Source: a virus
Lineage: Duplodnaviria > Heunggongvirae > Uroviricota > Caudoviricetes
IMG/VR virus record: IMGVR_UViG_2663762946_000001
DNA: 64,000 nt
Reading direction: 5' to 3' (one strand)
Shown here: one piece after another, positions 54,851 through 64,000 of the stretch
Layout: each line of letters begins with the position of its first letter
Numbering within the stretch: position 1 is the stretch's first letter
Made by a program: the position numbers and the translations under genes
Notes under the pieces: model-generated
What the model was told of the DNA's origin: nothing
The model's input: the letters and a program-made list of their open reading frames with translations, nothing else
Databases searched by the model: none

Positions 54851-56332
54851 TTAACTATATTCTGGTGATATTCTGACTTTCCCAATATCTTTAACTTTAT
54901 TTCTCCCACGGTCAACCTTTAATACTGCTTGCTCAGATGTAGAACCTTGTCTATTTTTGTCCCAAAATACCACAAAATAGTCTTCATCCTCATTCAATGC
55001 AACTGTTCTACCGTCTTCATTCTTTACTTTTAACGATCCAGCACCTTCACCTTTTTCAGTCTCAGAAAGAAGTCTAATTAGAAGTAGCGATGAGACAACA
55101 TCGGCCACGTTCTTAGATATACCTAAATCATTCTGACTTAAATATTTACCTTTGGGATTCTTCGACATTTGATAAGTCACCCATACATGACAATTCCTAT
55201 TAGTAGGTTTGATAGCATTATATAGTTTAACCATATTTTGCTGTAATTGTAGCCAAGAATTATCACTAATTTTTGATCCAACATCATTATCAGATTTTAG
55301 TGTATCTACTATAAAATATTTGATGCCTAATCCAGTACTATATTTCTTTATTAATTTTATTGTTTTATTCATTGAAAAGTCATTCAAATTAACAAACTGA
55401 ATTAACCCATCCGACATCTTATCTCTAAGCCATTTAACTGCTTTTGCTATTTGTGTCTTTTCTTCTTTAGAAAACTTTCCTTGACTAAATCTTTCTTTCT
55501 CAAAATTACCATCTTTTTGCAAATTGTTAATTTGCCATGTAATAATCTCTCTTTGCCATTTTGCTCTATCTTCCTCATTAGCTATAATCATAAGACGTTC
55601 TTCTAAATCTACATGAGTTGGCAATAATTGATTCAATGTTAAGAATGTTTTTCCTACCCCAGAGTTGGCAGCTAACATGGTAATATTACCTAGTGACATT
55701 CCGTTTTGAATACCATTCATTAATTGTGATGTTAATGGCAAACCTCGATCTATTCCTGAGTCTGCTCTCTTCACCATATCCTCAATTCCAGTAAGTATAT
55801 CTACTACCTTATCTTCGCCAAAGTCTGCATCTAAAAAAGCTGAATTTAATTGCCCTTCAAGGTAATCTGATAATTCATCAAGATTCATTTTTGCATATTT
55901 ATTCCAGTTTTCTTGAATAGGATAGCCCATATCCAATAATTTTAATATGACTTTATACCTTTGAATTTCTGAATAAAATACATCAACATTACCATCTTCT
56001 ATAATTCTTGACCCAGTTGCTATAGTCTCATAGCCCCCATTTTCATTATAGAACTCTTGTAATTTATCTGACTTTGACTGCACATATTCTTCAACAGCAA
56101 TCATATCAACAACTTTCAATTTTTTTGTTGTCATCAAGTCTTTCAGTACCCCATAGTAAAATCTCCATGATATATCACTAATATCTGAAGGGTCAATATC
56201 ATATTCAAAAAATAAATCTGGGTTCTTATATAGAGATAATATGAACTGACTTTCTGCTACCCTCTTATGCCCTTTTACTTCTTTATAAAACTCTGATTTT
56301 ACCACCTTATTATCTTTCTCTTTAACAGGCAT
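54851..56332 (-). CDS. DnaB-like replicative DNA helicase
   Basis: A 493-aa protein. Walker A is MLAANSGVGKTFLTLNQL. A RecA-like C-terminal domain, IIANEED and VVFWDKNRQG patterns match the DnaB family. Confidence 0.65.
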   Translation of the reverse strand: MPVKEKDNKVVKSEFYKEVKGHKRVAESQFILSLYKNPDLFFEYDIDPSDISDISWRFYYGVLKDLMTTKKLKVVDMIAVEEYVQSKSDKLQEFYNENGGYETIATGSRIIEDGNVDVFYSEIQRYKVILKLLDMGYPIQENWNKYAKMNLDELSDYLEGQLNSAFLDADFGEDKVVDILTGIEDMVKRADSGIDRGLPLTSQLMNGIQNGMSLGNITMLAANSGVGKTFLTLNQLLPTHVDLEERLMIIANEEDRAKWQREIITWQINNLQKDGNFEKERFSQGKFSKEEKTQIAKAVKWLRDKMSDGLIQFVNLNDFSMNKTIKLIKKYSTGLGIKYFIVDTLKSDNDVGSKISDNSWLQLQQNMVKLYNAIKPTNRNCHVWVTYQMSKNPKGKYLSQNDLGISKNVADVVSSLLLIRLLSETEKGEGAGSLKVKNEDGRTVALNEDEDYFVVFWDKNRQGSTSEQAVLKVDRGRNKVKDIGKVRISPEYS

Positions 56333-56337
56333 TTACT

Positions 56338-56655
56338 TTAAAGACCTCCATAAATCTTTTTAAAATATTCTTGCTCTTCTTCAATATATTCAACTAATTC
56401 TTGCCTTGTGAATATTCTCAATGTATTGTCATTCAAATATACATCGCTGAGCATACCAAAAAACAAATTAACTACTTCCCATGTTTTTTTATGGGTACGC
56501 CAGGCAACTTCCTTTATGATGTTTCTGATCATATTCATTTTCATTTCAGATTGTCTTAATCCGTTTTCACCAAAAGAAGAAAGCATTACTTCTTTGTTAT
56601 TTGAAATAATTAACGAGATATATAAATTTAATGGGACATGACTCATCATTGCCAC
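56338..56655 (-). CDS. hypothetical protein
   Basis: A 105-aa ORF. Confidence 0.35.
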   Translation of the reverse strand: MAMMSHVPLNLYISLIISNNKEVMLSSFGENGLRQSEMKMNMIRNIIKEVAWRTHKKTWEVVNLFFGMLSDVYLNDNTLRIFTRQELVEYIEEEQEYFKKIYGGL

Positions 56656-56666
56656 GCTAACACCTC

Positions 56667-57278
56667 CTAAATAAAATCAAAATTACGCTTCTTACTCTTC
56701 TTAATATATTTGGCAACAGTTGGTTTTTTAAACTCGATTTCTTGGTTTTTACTATTAATTTCTTCTACTTTCCTAATTCTCTCTTCAACAAAATCAATGT
56801 GTTTATTGATTACAAACATTGCCAAGTTTATCTTGTGCTGCATATCGCTAAAGGCTTGTGTCTTAAATGCTTTCTGTATTTCGATATTAGCTAATTTCAT
56901 AGTGGCAAGTATCGTACTAAACGAATGTCCTTGTTTGATAACTCTAGTGTTTATCGCATTAGGCATAAATTTACCAACTCTTAGACCGAGTAGTCTCTTT
57001 GTTGCAAAATCTGGCAAATTGACATCTTCAGGAAGACATAATACATCTAACTTGAAGTATTTATATACCTTATCCCATTCACTAGTTTCTTTCTTAGTTT
57101 CAAATTCATCTTCGTGTTCGGCTACGAATTTCTCAACACAATTTATGTGGAACTTACGTTTGTAATTCCTTTTCTTCCCATTTTTACAAACCAGAGGTAT
57201 AGGTTTTATTACCATATCTCTCTCTGCTAATTCTTTATTACAGTAATAACATTTCTCTATGCTTATAACCTTACCCAC
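56667..57278 (-). CDS. hypothetical zinc-finger protein
   Basis: The N-terminal CYYCNKEL...CKNGKKRNYKRKFHINC Cys cluster. Confidence 0.4.
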   Translation of the reverse strand: MGKVISIEKCYYCNKELAERDMVIKPIPLVCKNGKKRNYKRKFHINCVEKFVAEHEDEFETKKETSEWDKVYKYFKLDVLCLPEDVNLPDFATKRLLGLRVGKFMPNAINTRVIKQGHSFSTILATMKLANIEIQKAFKTQAFSDMQHKINLAMFVINKHIDFVEERIRKVEEINSKNQEIEFKKPTVAKYIKKSKKRNFDFI

Positions 57279-57289
57279 TTAATCACTCC

Positions 57290-58531
57290 CTATAGCCCTA
57301 TCTTTCTAATTTCGAAACCGTCCTTTCCAATAAGAACGACACCTTGTGATCTTGATGATTTTGCACCAATAATATTTACAGAATATTCATCTATTCCCTT
57401 TATGCTCCCAAAAGTAACTTGGTATTGATCATTACCCACTTCCAACATTGTAAAATGATGTATGTGTCCACCAATTACTGCTACAAAATGTTTGCCATGT
57501 AGATTACTTAACTCAGCAAGTAATGTTTTCTTTTGAAGATTATTGAGATCTCCATGAATAAAACAGAAGGAATATTTACCTACATCTATAGAATGATAAT
57601 AATCTTCGGCTGCCACAAACTTGACTTGTGTGTTTGAATATTTTGCATAAGTCTCTATAATCTTGTTACTTACTCTAATTGCATGATCTGCACTTAGATT
57701 AGAGTCTTTCTTGCCTTGCAACCTATCATGATTACCAGCAATAGCAGAATATTTAACTTTTACATAAGCTGATATTTTGTCTAGAAACTTAATAACTAAT
57801 TCGGTAGCATTAACTATCTGTTCTGATAATGTTTCTTCTGAGTTATATAAATTTTGATTACGCATATAAACATTCTCAATCAAGTCACCTAGGTTCATAA
57901 CGTAGACAGAGCTAACATTCTCTTTAATAATTGTTGCAATAACTTTATCAGCATACTTATTTAATAATCTTGCACAAATATCTCTATTGAATTTATTGTC
58001 TGGTAAATTTACTACAGCTCCATAATGAATATCAGAAAGACATACAATCATTGTTTTTTGTTCTTTATATTTTTCGGGTGCATATTTACTAAATACTCCT
58101 ACTTTACTGAAGTCCTTCTTTTTCAATGCTTCTTCAATATGCTCAATGAATAAAACGTCTTTATTTACATCGCGAACAAGTTTTCTTACACTAGTTCCTT
58201 GCTTTTGTAGCTCTAATTTAGCTGAATTTAATTCACCTATTTCGAATTTTATACTTTGGAGCTTATTATCACTTAATAGATCTGCGTGTTTATTTACACT
58301 TGGTAATACTCCACGTTCCTTCTGTTCGCTTTTAATCAAACAGCGGTAGGCTTCATTAGTATCGCTATCAAGAAATCCTTCCTTTTTCATCATATTCTTG
58401 TGTCTAGCCCATGATGTTCTTCTTGTTGGGGATAGTTTCTGTAATTCCTCTTTAATCTTAATAGCCGTATCCAAATGTTTCTCCGTAACAACTACTTTTG
58501 TACCTTTTCGATTTATATATGAACGCATCAT
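57290..58531 (-). CDS. SbcD/Mre11-like calcineurin-fold metallophosphoesterase nuclease
   Basis: Motifs IVCLSDIHYG (D-x-H), NLGDLIE (GD), IAGNHDRL (GNHD/E), IGGHIHH (GH-x-H). Confidence 0.7.
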   Translation of the reverse strand: MMRSYINRKGTKVVVTEKHLDTAIKIKEELQKLSPTRRTSWARHKNMMKKEGFLDSDTNEAYRCLIKSEQKERGVLPSVNKHADLLSDNKLQSIKFEIGELNSAKLELQKQGTSVRKLVRDVNKDVLFIEHIEEALKKKDFSKVGVFSKYAPEKYKEQKTMIVCLSDIHYGAVVNLPDNKFNRDICARLLNKYADKVIATIIKENVSSVYVMNLGDLIENVYMRNQNLYNSEETLSEQIVNATELVIKFLDKISAYVKVKYSAIAGNHDRLQGKKDSNLSADHAIRVSNKIIETYAKYSNTQVKFVAAEDYYHSIDVGKYSFCFIHGDLNNLQKKTLLAELSNLHGKHFVAVIGGHIHHFTMLEVGNDQYQVTFGSIKGIDEYSVNIIGAKSSRSQGVVLIGKDGFEIRKIGL

Positions 58532-58588
58532 TACACCTCTCGTAATGTGCTACACCCGATATTCACATATATATAAGAAAAAAGGGTA

Positions 58589-59554
58589 TTATAACCCTCT
58601 GTCCTTTTTAAATTTCTCGGCCATCTCTAATGACTTAATTAATTGTTCTTCGCTTGCCTTACTTAGTGTTTTAATACCCAATTCACTTGTTAGTAATCCA
58701 GCAAAATCTTTCTTATCACTTGCTTTTTCTAACGAATTAACAAATTTAGTTAATTTCTCTTTATCTGTAAGCCCCATTTCATCAAGTTCTTCTTCATAAC
58801 GTTCCTTAGACTTCATTGAGTCTGCTACAAAGTTTTTGTTTACAATTTCTCCTTGATTTTTCTTATTCTCGATCTTGCTCTTCCAGATATTGTAAGATGG
58901 GTTTTCTACTACTTCACCTACGCTAGTAACCTTTGTACGATCTTTTTCAATCTCTCCATAGAATTTCTGATCTTTTACAAAGAGTCGAATTACAACATCG
59001 TAATCGTAATCAGCTTTCTTTTTCATATTAGGTGCCTCTCCAACTTTGACACGCTTATTGGCACTAACCTCTTCCATAATGTCTACTGATTGAGCGATAG
59101 AGACAATATTTACTCCACGACTAGCCAACTCAATCTTTGAATTTTGTAATTTTGTTTCTATTTGTTTGATTTTTCCATAAGATCTTATTGAAACATTTGC
59201 GTCCAAAACATTCTGGCCTTTTTGTTTTGCTCGCTTTTCATCAATATCAAGCAATGCCTGTTGTACGTCTTCATGAATCTTAGTCTCGGAATCTACAATA
59301 AATGTCCCAAAGTTACTATCTTCCTTCAATTCTTCTAATACATCTTCTAAATCGTAAAAACTTTGTGTATCAAAAATTTCAAGGATATTCTTTCCTTCTT
59401 CATCGTTTTCATACCAACCAAGACCATCTTCTGAATCTAGAACTTTGATCTTTGGAAAACTCAATCCAAATAAACTTTTACCTGAACCAGTATCACCATA
59501 AACTAAAACTTTCAAACCTTTTTTTCGACTATTAGGTTTTCTACCTACTACCAT
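58589..59554 (-). CDS. AAA_24/Sak4-like ATPase, a recombination mediator
   Basis: KVLVYGDTGSGKSLFGLSFPKIKVLDSEDG matches the AAA_24 N-terminus (xxLIYGxxGSGKTxxA...VIDTE). It lies in a recombination and replication gene block. Confidence 0.45.
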   Translation of the reverse strand: MVVGRKPNSRKKGLKVLVYGDTGSGKSLFGLSFPKIKVLDSEDGLGWYENDEEGKNILEIFDTQSFYDLEDVLEELKEDSNFGTFIVDSETKIHEDVQQALLDIDEKRAKQKGQNVLDANVSIRSYGKIKQIETKLQNSKIELASRGVNIVSIAQSVDIMEEVSANKRVKVGEAPNMKKKADYDYDVVIRLFVKDQKFYGEIEKDRTKVTSVGEVVENPSYNIWKSKIENKKNQGEIVNKNFVADSMKSKERYEEELDEMGLTDKEKLTKFVNSLEKASDKKDFAGLLTSELGIKTLSKASEEQLIKSLEMAEKFKKDRGL

Positions 59555-59596
59555 TCGTATTCCTCTTTTCTTTCATTATGTTTATTTGTATTTGTT

Positions 59597-60787
59597 CTAA
59601 GCTCCAAACATCGCTTCTAAATCTTCATCTGTAGTTTCTTCATCTTCACCCCATGGGCTTTCTTCTGTATCACTCTCATTTTTTTCTTCTTCTACTTCTT
59701 CTGTTTCTGGGACTACTAAAACTTCTGGATCATACTTGTCTTCCAACATTAATCGTGGTTGACCTGATTCATCCTTATCAGTTCTTGGCCGTAAAAATAA
59801 TACCTCACTTATTTTATTCCCACGAATCGTAAGTTCGCTTTTGATTTCATCTTCATCAGCAAGCCCTAATTCAATCAATTCTTTAACTTCATCGTTTAGT
59901 TCGATATCTCCTGAAGACTGTTCATACCCCTCATTAAAACCAATGTTACATGTTATTTCACGAACCACATCACGAGATTTTACTTTGAAAAACTTTTCTA
60001 CAACTTTTTTACGTAATTCAAGATTCTCTTCTGTTGCTGTAACAGTAATACTCTGTGGTAGTGCTACAACTTCTTTAATTTCTTTTCCATCTTCTTTAGA
60101 AATATATTGTGGAACAAACGCTGAAATAATAGTTTTCCCATCTTCTATTAATTCTTTATCATAACGTTTTGACACCGATGTATTATCTACTAGGTAAGTT
60201 TGTGTACCTAATATTTCATGTTTATGTGGTTCTACCTCAGTCCCATCAGATTTTTTATACCCCTCATTTAATCTAATTCGTTTAATATTCAATCTACGTT
60301 GAATTTTCCCATTGTAACGAGAATACTCAATATCACCTGATACAAAGACTTCTTCGCCATCTTTCAAATTTGTCTTTAGATATGCAATAGCATCAAGTTC
60401 GGATAAAAACTTCTTCTCATCAAGTTTCCCGTCTTCCTTATGCTCTAAAGAAACAAAAATGAATGAATTGTCTGCTACTTGTTTTAGAATTTCTTCATTA
60501 TCGCGATGTTCCCACTTTATATCCATAATTCCTTCGTCTTTATTTTTAGAAAATCTCTTAAGGATTGGTTTAGCAGGATCATATCCTCCCATTAACTGAA
60601 CGTATACCTGTTGCCCTTCACCAAATTTTAAAGCGAAATTTGCATTGGCATATTTGTAAGTAGAATGTTTTGAAACTTGTGGCTCTCCAATACTATCTTC
60701 TCCAAGACCTACCATTCCCCATGCCCTGAATGAAGCGTATCCTCGTTTTAATTCTTTCTCTAATTTATTCTTTGATTTTGTTGGCAT
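59597..60787 (-). CDS. putative ssDNA-binding or annealing protein with an acidic C-terminal tail
   Basis: A 396-aa protein. The C-terminus EEEKNESDTEESPWGEDEETTDEDLEAMFGA is strongly acidic, as in SSB tails. It is adjacent to the Sak4-like ATPase. Confidence 0.3.
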   Translation of the reverse strand: MPTKSKNKLEKELKRGYASFRAWGMVGLGEDSIGEPQVSKHSTYKYANANFALKFGEGQQVYVQLMGGYDPAKPILKRFSKNKDEGIMDIKWEHRDNEEILKQVADNSFIFVSLEHKEDGKLDEKKFLSELDAIAYLKTNLKDGEEVFVSGDIEYSRYNGKIQRRLNIKRIRLNEGYKKSDGTEVEPHKHEILGTQTYLVDNTSVSKRYDKELIEDGKTIISAFVPQYISKEDGKEIKEVVALPQSITVTATEENLELRKKVVEKFFKVKSRDVVREITCNIGFNEGYEQSSGDIELNDEVKELIELGLADEDEIKSELTIRGNKISEVLFLRPRTDKDESGQPRLMLEDKYDPEVLVVPETEEVEEEKNESDTEESPWGEDEETTDEDLEAMFGA

Positions 60788-61380
60788 TAATTAATTGTCC
60801 CCTTTTCTTCAATAATAAAACTGAATTTGCTATCAATATGTTCATTTGATACTACAACATCATAATTTTTAAAATATCTTTTAATCTTCTGGATTAATGT
60901 TTTAGAGTTAAGTAATTCCTTGGTAAGAACAATTTTTTTAATTTTTACGCCGCTACTCATCTTATCGAACTCTTCACGAATCATATCGTTATAAATAATT
61001 TCTTCCTCATCACTTGTTATTTCTGGTTCTTTTAAAGATGAGACATTCTTATCTTCATCGGGAATTTCTTTTTCTTGATTTTTCTGAATATTTTGTTGTT
61101 GCTCAGTAATTTTCTTTACGCTTTCAATAAAGTCTTGATACTGTATCAACTCACCATTAACTGGCGTTAAAGGATATCCCCTTGTAACAACATAAGTTCT
61201 GATTTCTTGCCCAATTCTATCCAAATATCTAATAAATAATTCATCTTTTTCCACATTTCCTAGAATAAGTTTTAAACCTGCAATCTTATCGTCACCAATA
61301 ATTTTATCAATATCAAAAGCAAAATTAAATTTAACAACGTGTGATGCTGTTACTTCTTCTGCCAAACTATTCCCTCCCAA
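60787..61380 (-). CDS. hypothetical acidic protein
   Basis: A 197-aa ORF. Confidence 0.35.
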   Translation of the reverse strand: MGGNSLAEEVTASHVVKFNFAFDIDKIIGDDKIAGLKLILGNVEKDELFIRYLDRIGQEIRTYVVTRGYPLTPVNGELIQYQDFIESVKKITEQQQNIQKNQEKEIPDEDKNVSSLKEPEITSDEEEIIYNDMIREEFDKMSSGVKIKKIVLTKELLNSKTLIQKIKRYFKNYDVVVSNEHIDSKFSFIIEEKGTIN

Positions 61381-62000
61381 TCTTCTAATTGTTTTTGTAA
61401 GTCGGTAAGTCCACCATTATTATCCATTATGGCAATTTTGTTCAAAGGACTATTATCAATATTGACAAATTTTAGCTTGCTGTTCTTTATACTTCTTGTT
61501 GGTAATGATTCTATGAAATTTAACTGTTGTTCAATAATAGAGTTTTTTATTTCTTTTTTATCAAACTCTTGATCGCGTTTAACCAATCTTCTTTCAGCAG
61601 TGTTCACATCTGCCTTCAGATAAATCGCATCATATTCCTTTTCAATAAAGAAATGTGAAAAATCTGTCAACTTTCTGACATCTGGTACAACAATATTTAT
61701 TTTGTCTCCAGATTTTTCCTCTAATAATTCTTTTTCTCTCTCTAATTTCTTTATCCAAATATCATTGCCAAAAAATACTCTGAATTCCTCACCTATAAAT
61801 TGCATAGCACTTCTTCTGGTGATATGTTTATTACTAAACGGGAAATACTCATCCGTAATCTTGTGTACCTCTTTACCCAGGGATATTTTTTGAATATTTT
61901 TACCATAACGCTTTGCTTCTTCTCGTATAAAATCAGCCAATGTATCTTTTCCGCTACCTGCATAGCTTGCCATTATTATAATATCTTTCAAGTCAAACAC
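61350..62000 (-). CDS. deoxynucleoside monophosphate kinase (T4 gp1-like)
   Basis: IIIMASYAGSGKDTLADFI matches the T4 dNMP kinase N-terminus (IFLSGVKRSGKDTTADFI). It lies downstream of the class-1 promoter at 62017..62055. Confidence 0.5.
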   Translation of the reverse strand: MFDLKDIIIMASYAGSGKDTLADFIREEAKRYGKNIQKISLGKEVHKITDEYFPFSNKHITRRSAMQFIGEEFRVFFGNDIWIKKLEREKELLEEKSGDKINIVVPDVRKLTDFSHFFIEKEYDAIYLKADVNTAERRLVKRDQEFDKKEIKNSIIEQQLNFIESLPTRSIKNSKLKFVNIDNSPLNKIAIMDNNGGLTDLQKQLEDWEGIVWQKK

Positions 62001-62016
62001 CTCCTTAACAGATAAT

Positions 62017-62055
62017 AGTATAACAAAAGCACGGCAGTTCTGTCAATATGTTTAG
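62017..62055 (-). promoter_or_regulatory. class-1 promoter variant AACTAAACATATTGACAG-N18-TATACT
   Basis: Read on the minus strand: TTGACAgaactgccgtgcttttgtTATACT. Then comes a GGAGGTG ribosome-binding site and the start at 62000. Confidence 0.55.
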
Positions 62056-62078
62056 TTGTAAAATAAAAAGAGAAATGT

Positions 62079-62291
62079 CTATTCAAACATTTCTCTTACT
62101 CTATCTACATATATTAATTTTAAATTAGCATCAATCTTAGATTCATATAGGGTTTCAAAAAAATTTGAATATTCTTGAACTAATTTACTATGAAACTCCA
62201 TACTATAATTTTCAATTGTAGTATTTCTCAAATCAAAAACCATTTCTTGAATTTTTTTTATTTTTTTTTCAAATTTTACTATATCATTCAA
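62079..62291 (-). CDS. hypothetical protein
   Basis: A 70-aa ORF. Confidence 0.3.
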   Translation of the reverse strand: MNDIVKFEKKIKKIQEMVFDLRNTTIENYSMEFHSKLVQEYSNFFETLYESKIDANLKLIYVDRVREMFE

Positions 62292-62784
62292 TAACTACTC
62301 TTTGCCTTCTTTCTAGTTTAAATATATTTTGCATAGTATTCTCCAACATATTCAATAAATACATACATAAACCCATTGGTGATCTGGCTCCGAATCTATA
62401 ATACTCCCTCATTGCTTCATATAATTTCATAGCCAGTTTCTCTGGAACAATTTGCTGCATAACTGCTATCAACATTGACGAATATTTTTCTAAAAAACTT
62501 TCTGGGAAATTATCATTTACCATCAGTAGGCAAATAGACTCATAATTTCTATCTAAGAACATTTTAATATCATCTTGTTTTTGAAATTGTAATTCTATTA
62601 AAGTTTCTTTTAGCAGTTCAAGTGGATAGTCGTTTAAGATATAGTATCTTATTACTTCTAACTCAATTTGATCTTGAAATGAGGTTCTAGTATTAATCCC
62701 GATATCTTCTGGACGCTCTATACTAAGTTTTTTCATGATAGCCCTGAAAAGATCTCCCCCATTATCAACATAAAAATTCTCCAT
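62284..62784 (-). CDS. hypothetical protein
   Basis: A 166-aa ORF after a GGGGGA ribosome-binding site. Confidence 0.35.
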   Translation of the reverse strand: MENFYVDNGGDLFRAIMKKLSIERPEDIGINTRTSFQDQIELEVIRYYILNDYPLELLKETLIELQFQKQDDIKMFLDRNYESICLLMVNDNFPESFLEKYSSMLIAVMQQIVPEKLAMKLYEAMREYYRFGARSPMGLCMYLLNMLENTMQNIFKLERRQRVVIE

Positions 62785-62805
62785 TCAAAAATCCCCCACA
62801 AATTG

Positions 62806-63969
62806 TTATTTTACATTTTTATACTTTTCATAATTTTGCACTAAACTATATTTTCTGTAATACTCGTCCTCAGATTTTTTGTTGTTTAATGAACTTTCCT
62901 TCATATCCCCAAATTTAACCATGCTTTCATACATTGCTTCATCTAGAGATATTGACTTATTTAAGTACATTAAGTCATCTACAAATTCGATTCTACCTGC
63001 AGTCCTGATAGTACTATAAGTAAGTTGTCGATCTGCAATAAATTGAGAATAATTTTCTCTAATCTTCCTTAATCTTCTCTGGATTCCATATTCGGACATT
63101 TTTCCATTTTTAGAGCTTCTTCCATATGTTCTAAGTAGATAACCAGTCCGACTAACTGTTTGAATAGTTTTAGAAGTAGAACTATAAAAGGTCTGTTCCA
63201 ATGCTTCATGCACAATAGACAATGCTTCTGGGTCTAACTTAATATCACGTTCAAATTTACCTCTAATATGAATCGTATTGCCAGTTATATCGTCTTCTCT
63301 TATATTTCTAATCTCATCATCTTCTTCTATTCTTGATAACTTAATACCATTCATCATCAAAGAAATTATGACCGCATCTTGAGGGTTATCAATTGCTCTA
63401 ACTATTCTTTTTAATTCATCAGCTTCAATAAAACTTTTAGGTTTTTCATTTTCTGGAATGCTGTCAAAAAGTTTATTTTTATTCCAACTCTTCTCCAACT
63501 TGTAACCTAACTCATCAAATTTTTTAATAGAGTAGTCAACAAATAAATTAATTACAAGAATATAGTTATTGTAAGTCATATAATTTATGAAATTATTTCT
63601 ATAATAGCTAATGATGTCTAACATGTCTTCAAAATTGAATTGCAAAATAGATTTATTTTTTTCAATTTCAAATTGTTCTACTTGGTTCAAAATTTTAATT
63701 ATTTTTTTTACATTACTATAATTTTCTAATTCTCGGCTTCTCTGTGCTATAAAAGCTGCCTTTAGATTATGATCAAATTTGTAATCAATACTAAAGTTAT
63801 CATTATGTTTACTATCATCTTCTAATCTTAACTTAACTAACTTTTCTATATCCTTATTCAATACAGATAATCCAAAAATCATTTCTACAGTCTTGCTGTA
63901 TGAGAGTTCATCTGTATCAATAGTAGTAGCATTAAAAAATTTATCAATAAACCTTTGACTGATTTTCAT
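62806..63969 (-). CDS. hypothetical protein (387 aa)
   Basis: A long intact ORF. A weak resemblance to the tyrosine-recombinase layout (LTYSTIRTAGR) is not convincing. Confidence 0.35.
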   Translation of the reverse strand: MKISQRFIDKFFNATTIDTDELSYSKTVEMIFGLSVLNKDIEKLVKLRLEDDSKHNDNFSIDYKFDHNLKAAFIAQRSRELENYSNVKKIIKILNQVEQFEIEKNKSILQFNFEDMLDIISYYRNNFINYMTYNNYILVINLFVDYSIKKFDELGYKLEKSWNKNKLFDSIPENEKPKSFIEADELKRIVRAIDNPQDAVIISLMMNGIKLSRIEEDDEIRNIREDDITGNTIHIRGKFERDIKLDPEALSIVHEALEQTFYSSTSKTIQTVSRTGYLLRTYGRSSKNGKMSEYGIQRRLRKIRENYSQFIADRQLTYSTIRTAGRIEFVDDLMYLNKSISLDEAMYESMVKFGDMKESSLNNKKSEDEYYRKYSLVQNYEKYKNVK

Positions 63970-64000
63970 TTGTAATAATCGTTCATTATAGTTGTTTTTT

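Noticed and set aside
58589-59554. The SbcC partner of the SbcD-like nuclease.
   Set aside because: At 321 aa the protein is too short for an SbcC/Rad50 coiled-coil ATPase. Its N-terminus matches AAA_24/Sak4-type ATPases instead. No SbcC-like gene is visible next to SbcD in this window.
62806-63969. A possible tyrosine recombinase or integrase at the window end.
   Set aside because: Only a vague LTYSTIRTAGR resemblance. No clear R...HxxR...Y catalytic tetrad could be aligned. Everything else indicates a virulent phage. It is kept as hypothetical.
1-64000. A CRISPR array or other long direct-repeat array.
   Set aside because: The recurring 14-18-nt motif is dispersed, with one copy per intergenic region and irregular spacing of 0.1-6 kb, and sits beside start codons. 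It is not a regularly spaced repeat-spacer array.

Overview
This window looks like part of a large, AT-rich lytic myophage genome of the SPO1/Twort/LP65 type infecting a low-GC Gram-positive host. A nucleoside 2-deoxyribosyltransferase, a PnuC-like transporter and a signal-peptide endolysin point to Lactobacillaceae as host. Nothing else, such as rRNA, CRISPR or a bacterial core-gene pattern, argues against that reading. Position 1 to about 4200 is the end of a late module: tail-fibre-like proteins, a holin and a GH25+LysM endolysin with a signal peptide, closed by strong terminators. Position 4750 to 27800 on the + strand is an early and DNA-metabolism block. It starts with short genes behind canonical sigma-A promoters, then a TOPRIM primase, a Cas4-like nuclease and a DnaE-type (C-family) DNA polymerase split into three exons by two group I introns. 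The first intron carries a LAGLIDADG homing endonuclease. After the polymerase come an ATP-dependent ligase, two tandem DNA methyltransferases, and a third Dam-family methyltransferase broken by a 9-G homopolymer. Alongside these are guanylate kinase, nucleoside 2-deoxyribosyltransferase, glutaredoxin, thymidine kinase, a nucleotidyltransferase and many small unknown genes. Position 27800 to 64000 is almost entirely minus-strand. It opens with a membrane and SPFH-protein cluster and a deoxynucleoside kinase, then tRNA-Arg(UCU) plus two aberrant tRNA-like elements and a free-standing GIY-YIG homing endonuclease. Next is a TIR-like protein immediately followed by a hicA-hicB toxin-antitoxin pair. 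Further on are a PnuC-like transporter, YopX and RusA homologues, a DHH/DHHA1 phosphoesterase, a RecD-like helicase, DnaB helicase, SbcD/Mre11 nuclease, a Sak4-like ATPase and a dNMP kinase. A conserved motif of about 18 nt (AAATAAACATAATGAAAGG) sits 10-30 nt upstream of at least 20 start codons on both strands. A variant (AAATAAACATATTGACAG-N17/18-TATACT) fuses the same 5' half to a perfect sigma-A -35/-10 pair. These two families look like the phage's transcription-timing signals. The most unusual content is the TIR-like/HicAB module, the poly-G-interrupted Dam methylase, the intron-split DnaE, and the promoter-motif system.
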